The notes: generated from the sequence alone by a model not told the origin. Positions 40,713-52,274 are shown, counted from the stretch's first letter. The stretch: 64,000 bases of DNA from Arcobacteraceae bacterium (GCA_965224485.1 CBDCZH010000016.1:32001-96000), one strand, 5' to 3'. Numbers and translations: made by a program.

Positions 40713-41412
40713 ATGAAACTTCTTCTAATACTAAACGTACTCTTCTTTTCACTATTAAATGCACAAAGTGAAATAAGTTTATGTAAAGAGTTTATAAACA
40801 AAAGCTCATTAATACAATGTTATAAAGAAGCAGCAAATAAAGGAAACCAAAAAGCTCAATTCTCACTTGCACAAGCTTATGCCTTAGGTTTAAATAATAA
40901 AGTAGAAGAAAAAAAAGCTTTTTATTGGTACGTACAAGCTAGTTATTTGAACAATAATAAAGCCATGTATTTAGTAGCTGCCATGTATGAAACAGGTTTT
41001 GGAGTTAATAAAAATATTAAAGAAGCTATTTCTTGGTATAAAAAAAGCAGCAAATCTTAATAATATTGACGCTCAGTACAAACTAAGTACATTATATTCT
41101 TTAGGAAAAAAAGTAAGTCAAGATATAAAAGAAGGCTTGTTTTGGTATGAAAAAGCTCTTAAAAACAATGATGTTATAACAATCTCTACTCTTGGAAACT
41201 TTTATTTTAATGGCACTTTTGTGAAACAAGATTTTAAAAAAGCATATGAATTTTATTTACAAGCTGCAAGATTAGATCATAGCTCTTCTCAAATGATACT
41301 TTCATCTATGTATAAATATGGTTTTGGAATTAAAAAAGATTTAGAAAAAGCACTTTATTGGCAAGAAAAAGCCTCAATGAGTTCTATTTTAGACATAAAG
41401 AAGAACTCATAA
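40713..41412 (+). CDS. secreted Sel1-like repeat protein, interrupted by one extra A
   Basis: Signal peptide; repeated AQxxLxxxYxxGxGVxxDxxKAxxWYxKAA units across both ORFs; A7 at 41040-41046 breaks WYKKAANLNNIDAQ. Confidence 0.85.
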
Positions 41413-41496
41413 GCTTTAAATATAAACTAATCTTTGACTTTATATTTCTCTTTTTAATTTATTAGGACTAAAGAGTTAAAGAAATAAGTATATTCC

Positions 41497-42348
41497 TTAA
41501 TCTTTTACTAAAGCATATAATGCTTTTATTTCTTCTTCCCAAATTTCATCGTTTATTGTTTCTAAAATCAAAGGAATATCGTCCATTCTTTCATCATTCA
41601 TTATAAATGAAAAAGCATCCCAACCTATTTTTCCAATACCTAAAGAATCATGTCTATCAACTCTACTTCCTAGTTCTGGTTTAGAATCATTTATATGCAT
41701 TCCCATTAAATACTCACGTCCTACAATTTTATCAAAAGCATTCCATGTTTTATCATAAGCTTCACGTGTTCTTATATCATAACCAGCTGTAAACATATGG
41801 CAAGTATCAATGCATACACCCATTCTACTTTTATCATCAACTTTAGAAATAATATGAGCTAGGTGTTCAAACTTATAACCCATGTTTGAGCCTTGCCCTG
41901 CTGTATTCTCAATTACTAATTTTACTTTTGAATTTGGCGTTGCATCTATAACTTTGTTTAAACTTTGGGCAATATTATCTAAGCATTCATCTTCGCTGAT
42001 TTTTCGAAGATGGCTTCCTGGGTGAAAATTAAGTCTATCTAAACTTAGGATATCACAGCGTTGTACCTCATCAACAAAAGCATCATAAGATTTTTCTTTA
42101 CTTTCAAGTACGGGGTGTCCTAGATTAATTAAATATGAGTCATGAGGTAAGATATGTTTAGTTTTGATTCCTGATTTCTCTAACTCAAGAAACCATTTAT
42201 CAATTACTTTACTCTCTAAATCTTTTGCTTTCCACTGTCTTTGGTTTTTTGTAAATAAAGCAAATGCACGAGCACCTATGGCATTTGCGTTTATACAGGC
42301 ATTAAAAACTCCCCCACTTGCACTAACATGTGCTCCAACATATTTCAT
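41497..42348 (-). CDS. nfo: endonuclease IV
   Basis: [44 protein letters not shown] 42348 after GAAGGA. Confidence 0.96.
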   Translation of the reverse strand: MKYVGAHVSASGGVFNACINANAIGARAFALFTKNQRQWKAKDLESKVIDKWFLELEKSGIKTKHILPHDSYLINLGHPVLESKEKSYDAFVDEVQRCDILSLDRLNFHPGSHLRKISEDECLDNIAQSLNKVIDATPNSKVKLVIENTAGQGSNMGYKFEHLAHIISKVDDKSRMGVCIDTCHMFTAGYDIRTREAYDKTWNAFDKIVGREYLMGMHINDSKPELGSRVDRHDSLGIGKIGWDAFSFIMNDERMDDIPLILETINDEIWEEEIKALYALVKD

Positions 42349-42374
42349 ATATCTTCCTTCTTTTAATTTATTAT

Positions 42375-42463
42375 AACTATCAACCACAAACCTACTTAAC
42401 TTAAAAATTTACCTACAAACTTACCAACCTACAACTTAAAAACCTATCAACCCACTTAATCTC
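42375..42463. repeat. degenerate 7-9-nt tandem repeats, consensus aac(c/t)ta..
   Basis: aactatc aaccaca aacctactt aacttaaa ... aacttacc aacctac aacttaaa aacctatc aacccactt. Confidence 0.6.
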
Positions 42464-42857
42464 AATCCCTAATAATCTTAATCAAAATCCCATTCACCCT
42501 ATCTCTAAAAATTACAGTTTTATCTTCACTATCAAATAAATCTTTTAAAAAATTTTTCTTATAAGAAGAAGAGAGAAACTCTTTATTGAATGTTTTTAAA
42601 TCTTTACATTTAAAAGTAGATTCACAAACTCTATTCTTATATATCTCTAAGTTTAAAACTGTTTTTCCAGCTTGAAAAATTTGAACTTGAGTATAGTTTT
42701 TAAATTTTGTAATAAAACCTTTATCATAAAATTTCAAAGAAGGTGTTTTTATCAAAATTGTTGCACTTGAGGCTGATACATTTTGTTTTAAACTACATGA
42801 ACTTAAGCACAATATTAATAAAAGTAAAAAAAATTTTGAGCGTAAAATGTTTTGCAA
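42462..42857 (-). CDS. small putative lipoprotein
   Basis: Hydrophobic signal with lipobox LSSC; IKTPSLKFYDKGF. Confidence 0.7.
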   Translation of the reverse strand: MQNILRSKFFLLLLILCLSSCSLKQNVSASSATILIKTPSLKFYDKGFITKFKNYTQVQIFQAGKTVLNLEIYKNRVCESTFKCKDLKTFNKEFLSSSYKKNFLKDLFDSEDKTVIFRDRVNGILIKIIRD

Positions 42858-42924
42858 ATAAGTTCCTCTTCTTTTTTCTTAGATATTTTACTATAATAAC
42901 TTTAAATTAAATAAAAGGTAAATT

Positions 42925-43998
42925 TTGTTTGTACATATCTGCTGTGCTGTAGACAGCCACTATTTTTTAGAAAAACTTCAAGAAGATTATCCCGAGGAAA
43001 CATTAGTTGGGTATTTTTATGACCCAAACATCCAACCTTATAGTGAATATAGACTAAGATTTTTAGATGTTACTTATTCTTGTGGAAAACTTGGTATTGA
43101 ATTACTTGAAGGCCCTTATAATATAGAAAAATGGTTAGAAAAAGTAAAAGGTTTAGAGAATGAACCTGAAAAAGGTGATAGATGTACTGTTTGTTTTGAT
43201 GATAGACTAGAAACTACAGCATTAAAAGCAAAAGAGTTAGGACATGATAAATTTACCTCAACACTATTAATATCTCCTAAAAAATCTCAAGATAAACTAG
43301 AAAAAATTGGAAAAGAATTAACCCTAAAACATAATATCGAGTTTATTTTTAAAGATTATAGATCAGGACAAGGTGCTCAAGAGCAGGCATTAAAAGTAAA
43401 AGAAAACTCTTTGTATAGGCAAAACTATTGTGGTTGTTTATTTGGATTAACACCTCAAAGACTTTATCAAAACAAATTAATGGATGAAATGTTCTCACCT
43501 TTATCTAATCAAGTTTTACCAGAGTCTATTGAGAGCAGACTATCTTTATATGAAAAAAGAAATGAATTAGAAGAAAAAAACATTCCTTTTAAAATCGTTA
43601 AACAAAGATTTTTAAATTATAGAATTTTAAGTGGCACATTAAAAATTGACAATATTGTTGTACCTTCATACTTTTTGTGTTATTCAACCTTACAAAAAGG
43701 TAAAATGAAGGGTCGTATAGAGTATGAAAAAAATGATATTGCTTATTTAAATAAAGATGAAGTTAGAGTTGTAACAATAGATATGTTCAATGACATTAGT
43801 ACTTTTAATTATAGGAATGTAAAAGATTTATTATATAACCCTCCTACTTTTCAAGCAGAGTTAAATATCAGATCTGAAATTGCAAATAATCCTTATGGTT
43901 TATCAACTATTATAATTATTGATAAAATAATAGATGCAAAATATGAGATTAATTTGGATGCCAAAATTTATGAAGATGTTAAAGAAGTGATTATATGA
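42925..43998 (+). CDS. queH: epoxyqueuosine reductase QueH (long form)
   Basis: HICCAVDS, PNIQPYSEY, EPEKGDRCTVC, YRQNYCGC. Confidence 0.85.
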   Translation: MFVHICCAVDSHYFLEKLQEDYPEETLVGYFYDPNIQPYSEYRLRFLDVTYSCGKLGIELLEGPYNIEKWLEKVKGLENEPEKGDRCTVCFDDRLETTALKAKELGHDKFTSTLLISPKKSQDKLEKIGKELTLKHNIEFIFKDYRSGQGAQEQALKVKENSLYRQNYCGCLFGLTPQRLYQNKLMDEMFSPLSNQVLPESIESRLSLYEKRNELEEKNIPFKIVKQRFLNYRILSGTLKIDNIVVPSYFLCYSTLQKGKMKGRIEYEKNDIAYLNKDEVRVVTIDMFNDISTFNYRNVKDLLYNPPTFQAELNIRSEIANNPYGLSTIIIIDKIIDAKYEINLDAKIYEDVKEVII

Positions 43999-45038
43999 GA
44001 CTTTTAGTTTGTGCTATGGAAACATCATCAAATATCCACTTAGCCCAGCTAAAAAAACATCTAAGTAGTGATATAGAACTTGTAGGAATCTTTGATAAAA
44101 AACTAGGAAAACCTTCTTATGATTTGGAACAACTTGCAGTTATGGGTTTTATTGATGCATTAAAAAAACTACCTTTTTTTATAAAGTTAAAAAATGAAAT
44201 GGCCGCTTTAGCAAAAGATTGTGACAAAGTTTTACTTATGGATTCTAGTGGGTTTAATCTACCTTTAGCAAAACAGATAAAAAAACTATATCCGCAAAAA
44301 GAAATAATTTATTATATCCTTCCTCAAGCTTGGGCTTGGAAACAAGCTAGAATTCCAAAAATAGAAGCTTTTTGTGATACTTTATGCTCAATCTTGCCTT
44401 TTGAAAAAGAGTATTACAGTAAAAAAGATATGATTTCTTATGTGGGGCATCCTTTATTAGATGAAATCAAAACATTTAAAACTAGACATGAGTTAACAAA
44501 CAAAATTGTTTTCATGCCAGGCTCACGTAAAACAGAAATCACAAATTTAATGCCAATTTTTAAAGAGCTAATTCTTTTACTTCCTAAAAAAGAGTTTATT
44601 TTAATAATTCCTTCCAAATTTGAAGAAGATTATATAAACAAAGTTTATGGAGATATAAGCTCATTTACAATTTCTACAGATGCACACAAAAGTTTAGAGC
44701 AAGCAGAATATGCATTTATCTGCTCAGGAACTGCCACTTTAGAAGCTGCATTAATAGGAACACCTTTTACTCTCTCTTATATTGCAAAAAAACTTGATTT
44801 TTTTATAGGAAAAATGCTTGTAAAACTTTCTCATGTTGGTTTGGCAAATATATTTTTTGATAAAATGGGTAAAAAAGAGATACATAGTGAGTTTTTACAA
44901 GAAGAAGTAAGTGCACAAAACCTATATAAGGACTATATGTCCCTTGATAAAGAACAATTTATAAAAAATTCTCTAATCTTAAGAACTTACCTAAAAAATG
45001 GTTCTTCTTCTAATGTTGCAAAAATACTTCAAAAGTAA
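43995..45038 (+). CDS. lpxB: lipid A disaccharide synthase
   Basis: LAVMGF, PQAWAWK, ILPFE, VGHPL, PGSR, SGTATLEAAL. Confidence 0.95.
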   Translation: MRLLVCAMETSSNIHLAQLKKHLSSDIELVGIFDKKLGKPSYDLEQLAVMGFIDALKKLPFFIKLKNEMAALAKDCDKVLLMDSSGFNLPLAKQIKKLYPQKEIIYYILPQAWAWKQARIPKIEAFCDTLCSILPFEKEYYSKKDMISYVGHPLLDEIKTFKTRHELTNKIVFMPGSRKTEITNLMPIFKELILLLPKKEFILIIPSKFEEDYINKVYGDISSFTISTDAHKSLEQAEYAFICSGTATLEAALIGTPFTLSYIAKKLDFFIGKMLVKLSHVGLANIFFDKMGKKEIHSEFLQEEVSAQNLYKDYMSLDKEQFIKNSLILRTYLKNGSSSNVAKILQK

Positions 45039-45119
45039 ATTATAAAAAACGTTATTCTAATAAATTTTTAGATAAAATAAATATCATTATGACAATTAAG
45101 AAAATATATAGGATAATAA

Positions 45120-45569
45120 ATGTTAGATATAACTCAAATACAAGAAATACTTCCTCATAGATACCCACTTTTATTAGTTGATAGAATTACAGATATGGAA
45201 AAAGGTAAAATCATTCATGGTTTTAAAAATATCTCTATTTCTGAACCAGCTTTTCAAGGACACTTTCCAGGGCATCCAATTTACCCAGGAGTAATGATAC
45301 TTGAAGGTATGGCACAAGCAGGTGGAATTTTAGCCTTAAAGAGTAATGACTTAACAAACGAAGAGTTAAAAAATAAAGTAATATATTTTATGAGTATTGA
45401 TAAAGCAAAATTTAGAGCCCCTGTAACTCCAGGTGATAGACTAGATTATGTTATAGCAATTATTAAACTAAGAGGAAATTTAATTGTTCTTGATGGTAAA
45501 GCGTATGTAAATGATAAACTAGTTGCTCAGGCTGAACTTAAAGCTATGATAGTAGATAAAGAGCAATAA
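45120..45569 (+). CDS. fabZ: 3-hydroxyacyl-ACP dehydratase
   Basis: [32 protein letters not shown]. Confidence 0.97.
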   Translation: MLDITQIQEILPHRYPLLLVDRITDMEKGKIIHGFKNISISEPAFQGHFPGHPIYPGVMILEGMAQAGGILALKSNDLTNEELKNKVIYFMSIDKAKFRAPVTPGDRLDYVIAIIKLRGNLIVLDGKAYVNDKLVAQAELKAMIVDKEQ

Positions 45570-45574
45570 AAGAT

Positions 45575-46354
45575 ATGAATAATATTCACAAAACTGCAAT
45601 TATTGAAGATGGTGCTATTCTTGGCGAAAATGTAACAATTGGAGCTTATAGCATAATAGGAAAAGATGTAAAAATTGGAAACAATAATACTATAGCTTCT
45701 CATACTGTAATAACAGGAAAAACTATTATTGGAGATGATAATACAATTTATTCTCATGCAGCACTAGGATCTGAACCACAAGATTTAAAATTTGATGGTG
45801 AAGAAGTTGAACTTCATATAGGAAATGGAAATAAAATTAGAGAATTTACTCTTTTTAATCCAGGAACTAAAGGTGGAGGAGCAATTACAACAATAGGTGA
45901 TAATAATCTTTTTATGGGTTATACTCATGTTGCGCATGATGTAATCATTGGAAATTCCTGTGTTTTTGCAAATGTAGCTACATTAGCAGGACATGTTGTT
46001 GTTGGTAACAATGTTGTTGTTGGAGGATTAACTCCTATTCATCAATTTTGTAAGCTTGGGTCAAATGCTATGATAGCTGGTGGTTCTGTGGTAACACAGG
46101 ATATTCCACCTTTTACTTTAGCAGAAGGAAATCGTGCAGTTTTAAGAGGTCTTAATCTAAATGGTTTAAGACGAGCTTTTAAAAGAGAAGAAATAAACTC
46201 TATTAAAAAAGCTTATAAAGATATTTTTGAATCAGGCAATCCAATTGCTGAAGTTTCACAAGACTTAATCAAACAAGATATAAACAAGTACGTAAATGAA
46301 TTAGCTACGTTTGTAATAAATACAAAACGTGGAATACCTTTTAATAAAAAATAG
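45575..46354 (+). CDS. lpxA: UDP-N-acetylglucosamine O-acyltransferase
   Basis: Hexapeptide repeats, PQDLKF, HVAHD, LAGHV, IHQF. Confidence 0.97.
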   Translation: MNNIHKTAIIEDGAILGENVTIGAYSIIGKDVKIGNNNTIASHTVITGKTIIGDDNTIYSHAALGSEPQDLKFDGEEVELHIGNGNKIREFTLFNPGTKGGGAITTIGDNNLFMGYTHVAHDVIIGNSCVFANVATLAGHVVVGNNVVVGGLTPIHQFCKLGSNAMIAGGSVVTQDIPPFTLAEGNRAVLRGLNLNGLRRAFKREEINSIKKAYKDIFESGNPIAEVSQDLIKQDINKYVNELATFVINTKRGIPFNKK

Positions 46355-46370
46355 GAGAGAATCTTAAATT

Positions 46371-47588
46371 ATGAGTAAATTAACATGCGACTTTTGTGGA
46401 ATAGAAGATAATTCTACAAACCCAATAATTTCAGGAGATAATGCTTGCATTTGTCAATCTTGTGTAAATGCTGCACATGATATTATGAATACAAATACAC
46501 CTGAAAACAAAAAATTTAATGAAGAAATTCAAGCAGAAAAAGAAACAGTAACACTTTTGGCTCCAAAAGAGTTAAAAGCTATTTTAGATGAGTATGTAAT
46601 AGGACAAGATAGAGCTAAAAAAGTTTTAGCAGTAGCTGTTTACAATCATTATAAAAGAATTTTTAGAAAAGAAGAGCATGGAGGAGTTGAGATTAACAAA
46701 TCTAATGTTTTATTAATCGGACCAACTGGTTCTGGTAAAACTTTACTTGCTCAAACAATAGCTAAGTATCTTGATGTTCCTTTAGCAATCGCTGATGCTA
46801 CTTCTTTAACAGAAGCTGGTTATGTTGGGGATGATGTTGAAAATGTAGTAACAAGACTTGTTCAAGCTGCTAATGGAGATATTAAAAAAGCTGAAACTGG
46901 AATAATTTTTATTGATGAAATTGATAAAATTGCAAGAATGAGTGAAAACAGATCTATAACTAGAGATGTTTCAGGAGAAGGTGTACAGCAAGCAATGCTT
47001 AAAATTATTGAAGGTGCTGTTATTAATGTACCACCAAAAGGTGGAAGAAAACATCCTGGTCAAGAAGCACTTCAAGTTGATACTACAAATATCTTATTTA
47101 TTTGTGGTGGGGCTTTTGATGGTTTAGAAGATATTATTAAGAAAAAACAATCTGGTAATACTTTAGGTTTTAATCAAGAGAAAAAAACCAAACAAGAACA
47201 AAGTGAAATTATTTCTTTAGTTGAAGCTGATGATTTAGTAAAATATGGTTTGATCCCTGAGTTAATTGGACGATTACATATGATTACTACTTTAAGTGAA
47301 ATAGACGAAGATGCTATGATTCATATTTTAACAGAACCCAAAAATGCCTTAGTTAAACAATATGAAAAACTTTTTGCTATGGATGATGTTAAACTAAAGT
47401 TTGATAAAGCTTCATTAAAACAAATTGCAAAAAAAGCAATTGAGAGAAAAACAGGTGCAAGAGGATTAAGATCAATTTTAGAAGATATTATGCTTGATAT
47501 TATGTTTAATTTACCTGATTATAAAGATAAAACAATTACTATAACAAAAGATGTTGTAAATAAAGAAAAAGAGCCTAAAATAGCTTAA
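46371..47588 (+). CDS. clpX: ATP-dependent Clp protease ATP-binding subunit
   Basis: C4 zinc-binding N-terminus, [29 protein letters not shown]. Confidence 0.98.
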   Translation: MSKLTCDFCGIEDNSTNPIISGDNACICQSCVNAAHDIMNTNTPENKKFNEEIQAEKETVTLLAPKELKAILDEYVIGQDRAKKVLAVAVYNHYKRIFRKEEHGGVEINKSNVLLIGPTGSGKTLLAQTIAKYLDVPLAIADATSLTEAGYVGDDVENVVTRLVQAANGDIKKAETGIIFIDEIDKIARMSENRSITRDVSGEGVQQAMLKIIEGAVINVPPKGGRKHPGQEALQVDTTNILFICGGAFDGLEDIIKKKQSGNTLGFNQEKKTKQEQSEIISLVEADDLVKYGLIPELIGRLHMITTLSEIDEDAMIHILTEPKNALVKQYEKLFAMDDVKLKFDKASLKQIAKKAIERKTGARGLRSILEDIMLDIMFNLPDYKDKTITITKDVVNKEKEPKIA

Positions 47589-47612
47589 ATTATATAAAGG
47601 GAGTGGGAATAT

Positions 47613-48644
47613 ATGTTTTTAGATAAATTAATTGGATTTTTTTCAAATGATATGGCAATTGACTTAGGAACTGCAAATACAATTGTTTCTGTAAAAGGAA
47701 AAGGGATTATTATAAATGAGCCCTCTGTTGTTGCTGTTCAGACAGATAGATATGGAAGAGACAAAATATTAGCTGTTGGGCAAGAAGCAAAACAGATGAT
47801 AGGGAAAACGCCTCTAAATATAACAGCTGTAAGACCTATGAAAGATGGAGTTATTGCAGATTTTGAAATGACTGAGAGAATGATTAGATATTTCATTGAA
47901 AAAGCACATTCAAGAAAATCTTTTATCCGTCCTAGAATTATTATTTGTATTCCTTATGGTATTACTCAAGTTGAGAGAAAAGCTGTAAAAGAGTCTGCTT
48001 TGAGTGCAGGAGCTAGAGAAGTATTTTTAGTAGAAGAACCAATGGCAGCTGCTATTGGTGCTGGAATTCCAGTATCTGATCCTTCTGGTTATGTTGTTGT
48101 TGATATTGGAGGAGGAACTACAGAAATTGGAGTTACTTCTTTAGGTGGACTTGTATTATCAAAATCAATTAAAGTTGCTGGGGATAGATGTGATAAAGCA
48201 ATTATTGATTATGTTAGACAAAACTATAACCTTTATATTGGAGAGAGAACTGCTGAATCAATTAAAATTGAAATCGGAACTGCTGTAAAATTAGATAAAG
48301 AGTTAAAAATCAGAGTTAAAGGTAGAGATAACTCAGGTCTTTTATCAACTATTGAATTAGGTAGTGAAGGTGTTAGAACTGCGATTAAAGAACCTCTAAG
48401 AGAGATAGTTTCTGCTGTTCGTTCTGTTTTAGAAGATATGCCACCTGATTTAGCTGGTGATGTTGTTGATAATGGAGTTATTTTAACAGGTGGTGGGGCA
48501 TTGATTCGTGGTCTTGATACGTATTTAGCTGATATTATTAAACTACCTGTAAAAGTTGCAGATGAGCCTTTATTAGCTGTTGCTTATGGAACATCTGCTG
48601 TTTTAAATGAAGAAGGATTATTAAAAATAATTTCTAATGAATAA
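47613..48644 (+). CDS. mreB: rod shape-determining protein MreB
   Basis: IDLGTAN, EEPMAAAIGAG, DIGGGTTE, LTGGGAL. Confidence 0.98.
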   Translation: MFLDKLIGFFSNDMAIDLGTANTIVSVKGKGIIINEPSVVAVQTDRYGRDKILAVGQEAKQMIGKTPLNITAVRPMKDGVIADFEMTERMIRYFIEKAHSRKSFIRPRIIICIPYGITQVERKAVKESALSAGAREVFLVEEPMAAAIGAGIPVSDPSGYVVVDIGGGTTEIGVTSLGGLVLSKSIKVAGDRCDKAIIDYVRQNYNLYIGERTAESIKIEIGTAVKLDKELKIRVKGRDNSGLLSTIELGSEGVRTAIKEPLREIVSAVRSVLEDMPPDLAGDVVDNGVILTGGGALIRGLDTYLADIIKLPVKVADEPLLAVAYGTSAVLNEEGLLKIISNE

Positions 48645-49473
48645 GGTACTCTTTTTTCTACTACTTATTATCACTGGGCTTGTTTATATTTTTAATATAG
48701 ATAAGTCTCTTAGTGACAAATTTACTATAATAAATACTTTCAAACAAAATTATTTAGAAAAAATGCTTACAGTAAGTAATAATATTGAAAAGTATTTTTA
48801 TCAAGCAAGTAATATTGAAAAACTAAAAGAAGAAAACAAACAATTAAAACGATTCCAAGCTTTATATTTAAATAGCAAATACAATTTAAAAGAACTAGAA
48901 GAATCAACTTCGTACTCTTTAAATGAAAATTATGAAGTAGTACGCTCAAGAGTTATTTCATATGTTAATTTTGATGATTATACTAAAGTATGGTTAGATA
49001 GCGCAAAACAAGATGAGCAAATACAAGGTTTGATTTTAGATGATTTTGCTGCTGGTATTGTTATAAAAAAATCAAATAAAGCTCTTGCTTTATTAAATGG
49101 AAATGAAAAAGCTAATTATACTGTTTATATTGGAAGTAAAAAAGCACCTGGTATTGTTCATAACTATAAAAGAAATTATTTAAAAATTAAATTTGTACCA
49201 ATTTGGATTGATATTAATATTGGAGATGAAGTTATTACTTCTGGTATGGATAATATATTCTTTGAGGGTTTAAAAGTTGGAAAAGTAATTTCAATTAATA
49301 AAATGGCTGATATGCAAGAAGCTATTATTAAACCTTATGCAAAAGTATTACAAGAAAAATATTTTTATATTTATTCACATAATATAAAATTAAAAGAAAC
49401 TACTTCAAAAGATAAGACCATAGAAACTATAAAAACAAAAGAAAAATTAAAACGTCCTAATAAGAAGCCATAA
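48637..49473 (+). CDS. mreC: rod shape-determining protein MreC
   Basis: TM helix plus coiled coil, GDEVITSGMDNIFFEGLKVGKV; follows mreB. Confidence 0.92.
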   Translation: MNKVLFFLLLIITGLVYIFNIDKSLSDKFTIINTFKQNYLEKMLTVSNNIEKYFYQASNIEKLKEENKQLKRFQALYLNSKYNLKELEESTSYSLNENYEVVRSRVISYVNFDDYTKVWLDSAKQDEQIQGLILDDFAAGIVIKKSNKALALLNGNEKANYTVYIGSKKAPGIVHNYKRNYLKIKFVPIWIDINIGDEVITSGMDNIFFEGLKVGKVISINKMADMQEAIIKPYAKVLQEKYFYIYSHNIKLKETTSKDKTIETIKTKEKLKRPNKKP

Positions 49474-50074
49474 CTTGATCAACTGATTCCCAAGATATAT
49501 CTTTATCCTTAGTTTTATTCGAGAAAATATTGTAAACATAACGAGCAAACATATCTGTTTCAATATTTACACAAGAGCCTACTTTATATGTTTTAAAAAG
49601 TGTATTATTTATTGTATGAGGAATAATAGTTAATCTAAAAGAATCCTTTGATATCTCATTCACGGTCAAGGACACCCCATCAATCGTAATAGAACCTTTA
49701 GAAATTATAAACTTTGTATATTCACTAGGCAAAGAAATTATAAAATCACTAGAATTACCACTTTTATTAATTGCAATGATTTTACCAATACAATCAACAT
49801 GACCTTGAACTATATGACCTTCAAATCTATCTCCCATCATCATAGCTGGTTCAATATGAACCTTTCCCTTATAATTATTAAGAGCTAGTACTTTTTGTGA
49901 TTCAGGAGAAAGCTCAACGCAAAATGTACCACTTGTTACTCTAACTACCGTTAAACAAGCCCCATTTATTGCAATTGAGTCTCCGATTTTTGGAATATAT
50001 TTTGCTTTTATACTTAAAACAGAGTTTTGTAAGCTTAATACTTCTGCTACTTCACGAATTAATCCTGTAAACAC
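49457..50074 (-). CDS. ribE: riboflavin synthase (alpha type)
   Basis: MFTGLI, GDSIAINGACLTV, GHIVQGHVD, KGSITIDGVSLTV. Confidence 0.96.
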   Translation of the reverse strand: MFTGLIREVAEVLSLQNSVLSIKAKYIPKIGDSIAINGACLTVVRVTSGTFCVELSPESQKVLALNNYKGKVHIEPAMMMGDRFEGHIVQGHVDCIGKIIAINKSGNSSDFIISLPSEYTKFIISKGSITIDGVSLTVNEISKDSFRLTIIPHTINNTLFKTYKVGSCVNIETDMFARYVYNIFSNKTKDKDISWESVDQVMASY

Positions 50075-50116
50075 TAGTACCCTTTATAAAATTTATGTAA
50101 AATTCGAATTATTAGG

Positions 50117-50122
50117 TATAAT
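50117..50122 (+). promoter_or_regulatory. candidate -10 box for mnmG
   Basis: aggTATAAT in the divergent ribE/mnmG spacer. Confidence 0.45.
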
Positions 50123-50242
50123 ACCGAAAATCTATTAAGAAGCCAATTTTTACTATCAAATACAAACAATTACCAAAAGCTTTTTAATACAAAAAATAGA
50201 GAAAATATCAAATACTTAAGCACTAGCTTAAAACTGATATGA

Positions 50243-50362
50243 AAAAAAGTTCAATTTTAGAATAGTTCAAGGCAGAGGAGATATTAAGACAGGAGCATAC
50301 TTCAGTATGTGAGTGTTTTAATATCGACGATAACGCAGAAATCTTCTAAAAGTGGGCTTTTA
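50243..50362 (+). repeat. ERIC-like palindromic element / structured RNA in the mnmG leader
   Basis: Three nested stems; core CAGGAGCATACTTCAGTATGTGAGTG flanked by AAGGC and AACGCA. Confidence 0.65.
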
Positions 50363-50374
50363 AAAAGGGAAAAT

Positions 50375-52261
50375 ATGAAATATGATGTTATTGTTGTAGG
50401 CGGTGGCCATGCTGGAATTGAAGCATCTTTAGCCTGTGCAAGAATGGGTAAAAACACTCTTTTAATTACAATGCTTGTTGAACAAATAGGAGCTGCTTCT
50501 TGTAATCCTGCTATTGGAGGATTGGCTAAGGGACATTTAGTACGTGAACTTGATGCCATTGGTGGTGAGATGGGCTTATGCACTGATTATTCTGGAATAC
50601 AATTTAGAATTTTAAATGCTTCTAAGGGTGCGGCTGTGCAAGGAAGTCGTGCTCAAATTGATATGGATAAATATAGAGAGTATATGAGAAAAGTTTGTCA
50701 TAATACTATAAATCTAGAAGTATATCAAGATGAAGTATCCCAACTTATTTTAAATGAAAAAAAAGAAGTTTCTGGAGTTCATACAAAACTAGGGGAAGAA
50801 ATACAAGCCTTAAAAGTAATTATTACAAGTGGTACTTTTATGAAAGGTCTAATTCATATAGGTGAAAAAACTTATGAAGCTGGACGTGCTTGGGAACTAG
50901 CTTCAACAACTTTATCGACACAATTAAAAGAGCTTGACTTAAATGTAGGCCGATTAAAAACAGGAACTCCTGCTAGAATTGATGGAAACTCTATTGATTT
51001 TTCACAAATGGATGAACATGGAGGTGATGAGAAACCAACACCTTTTTCTTTTAGAACAAATAAAGAAGAGTTTAACCCTACTCAACACCCATGTTATATT
51101 ACGTATACAAACTTAGGAACACATGATACTATTTCTTCAAACTTTGATAGAGCTCCTTTATTTACAGGACAAATTCAAGGAAGTGGTCCAAGGTACTGTC
51201 CTAGTATTGAAGATAAAGTAAATAGATTTTCAGAACGTGATCGTCATCAACTATTTTTAGAACCACAAACTGAAATGAAAACAGAATATTATATAAATGG
51301 CCTTTCAACTTCAATGCCTATTGATGTACAAAAAACTATGATTCATTCAATAAAAGGTTTACAAAATGCCAAAATCATTAGATATGGTTATGCTATTGAG
51401 TATGATTATGTTGATCCAACGGAGTTAAAACATACCTTAGAAACTAAAAAAGTAAATAACTTATATTTAGCTGGTCAAATAAATGCAACAACAGGATATG
51501 AAGAAGCAGCAGCCCAAGGACTAATGGCTGGAATTAATGCGGCACTTGCAATTGAGGGCAAAGAACCTTTTATTTTAAGACGTGATGAGGCTTATATTGC
51601 AGTTTTAATCGATGATTTAGTTACAAAAGGAACAACTGAACCTTATAGAATGTTTACATCAAGAGCTGAATATAGACTTCTTTTAAGAGAAGAAGGTGCT
51701 GATGTAAGACTTAGTGCTTATGGACATAAGTTTGGTTTAATTAATGATGAAACTATGGAAAAAGTAAACATTAAAAAGAATATTATAAATGAAGCAGTAG
51801 AATTTATGAAAGATGAATGGTTCACTTCAAAAAAAGAAAACTTAGAACTATTAGAAGAGCTTAAACAAGATAAGATAAAAGATAGAGTTTTACTTTTAGA
51901 TTTAGTTGGAAGAAGTACTATTAATACAGCAGCTTTTGATGCACTTGTTCCTAAATACAAAGATTTAGATACTTATACAAAAGAGCAAATTATAATTGAA
52001 GCAAAATATTATAGATATGTTCAAAAGCAAAAAAAACAGATTGAAAAAATGAAAAAAATGCTCAAGCTAAAAATACCAGCTAATTTTAAATACAAAGATA
52101 TTCCTGGTTTATCAAATGAAGCAGTAGAAAAACTAGAAAAGTTCAAGCCCCCAACACTTTTTAATGCAAGTGAAATCTCTGGTCTAACACCTGCTGCTTT
52201 AGATATTATTCATTTATACATAAATTTAAAATCTTCTAAAAAAAGTAAGTACTTAAACTAA
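50375..52261 (+). CDS. mnmG: tRNA uridine-5-carboxymethylaminomethyl(34) synthesis enzyme MnmG (GidA)
   Basis: [54 protein letters not shown] 50375 after AAGGG. Confidence 0.98.
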   Translation: MKYDVIVVGGGHAGIEASLACARMGKNTLLITMLVEQIGAASCNPAIGGLAKGHLVRELDAIGGEMGLCTDYSGIQFRILNASKGAAVQGSRAQIDMDKYREYMRKVCHNTINLEVYQDEVSQLILNEKKEVSGVHTKLGEEIQALKVIITSGTFMKGLIHIGEKTYEAGRAWELASTTLSTQLKELDLNVGRLKTGTPARIDGNSIDFSQMDEHGGDEKPTPFSFRTNKEEFNPTQHPCYITYTNLGTHDTISSNFDRAPLFTGQIQGSGPRYCPSIEDKVNRFSERDRHQLFLEPQTEMKTEYYINGLSTSMPIDVQKTMIHSIKGLQNAKIIRYGYAIEYDYVDPTELKHTLETKKVNNLYLAGQINATTGYEEAAAQGLMAGINAALAIEGKEPFILRRDEAYIAVLIDDLVTKGTTEPYRMFTSRAEYRLLLREEGADVRLSAYGHKFGLINDETMEKVNIKKNIINEAVEFMKDEWFTSKKENLELLEELKQDKIKDRVLLLDLVGRSTINTAAFDALVPKYKDLDTYTKEQIIIEAKYYRYVQKQKKQIEKMKKMLKLKIPANFKYKDIPGLSNEAVEKLEKFKPPTLFNASEISGLTPAALDIIHLYINLKSSKKSKYLN

Positions 52262-52274
52262 ATTTTTTATACAA

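Noticed and set aside
25507..41412. A shared programmed-frameshift system across nuoC, the NuoF-slot gene and the Sel1 gene
   Set aside because: All three are one extra A in A5-A7 runs with no common stimulatory signal; sequencing over-call is simpler
50243..50362. FMN riboswitch for the neighbouring riboflavin synthase gene
   Set aside because: Lacks the RFN conserved blocks, and the G-U pairing favours the mnmG strand
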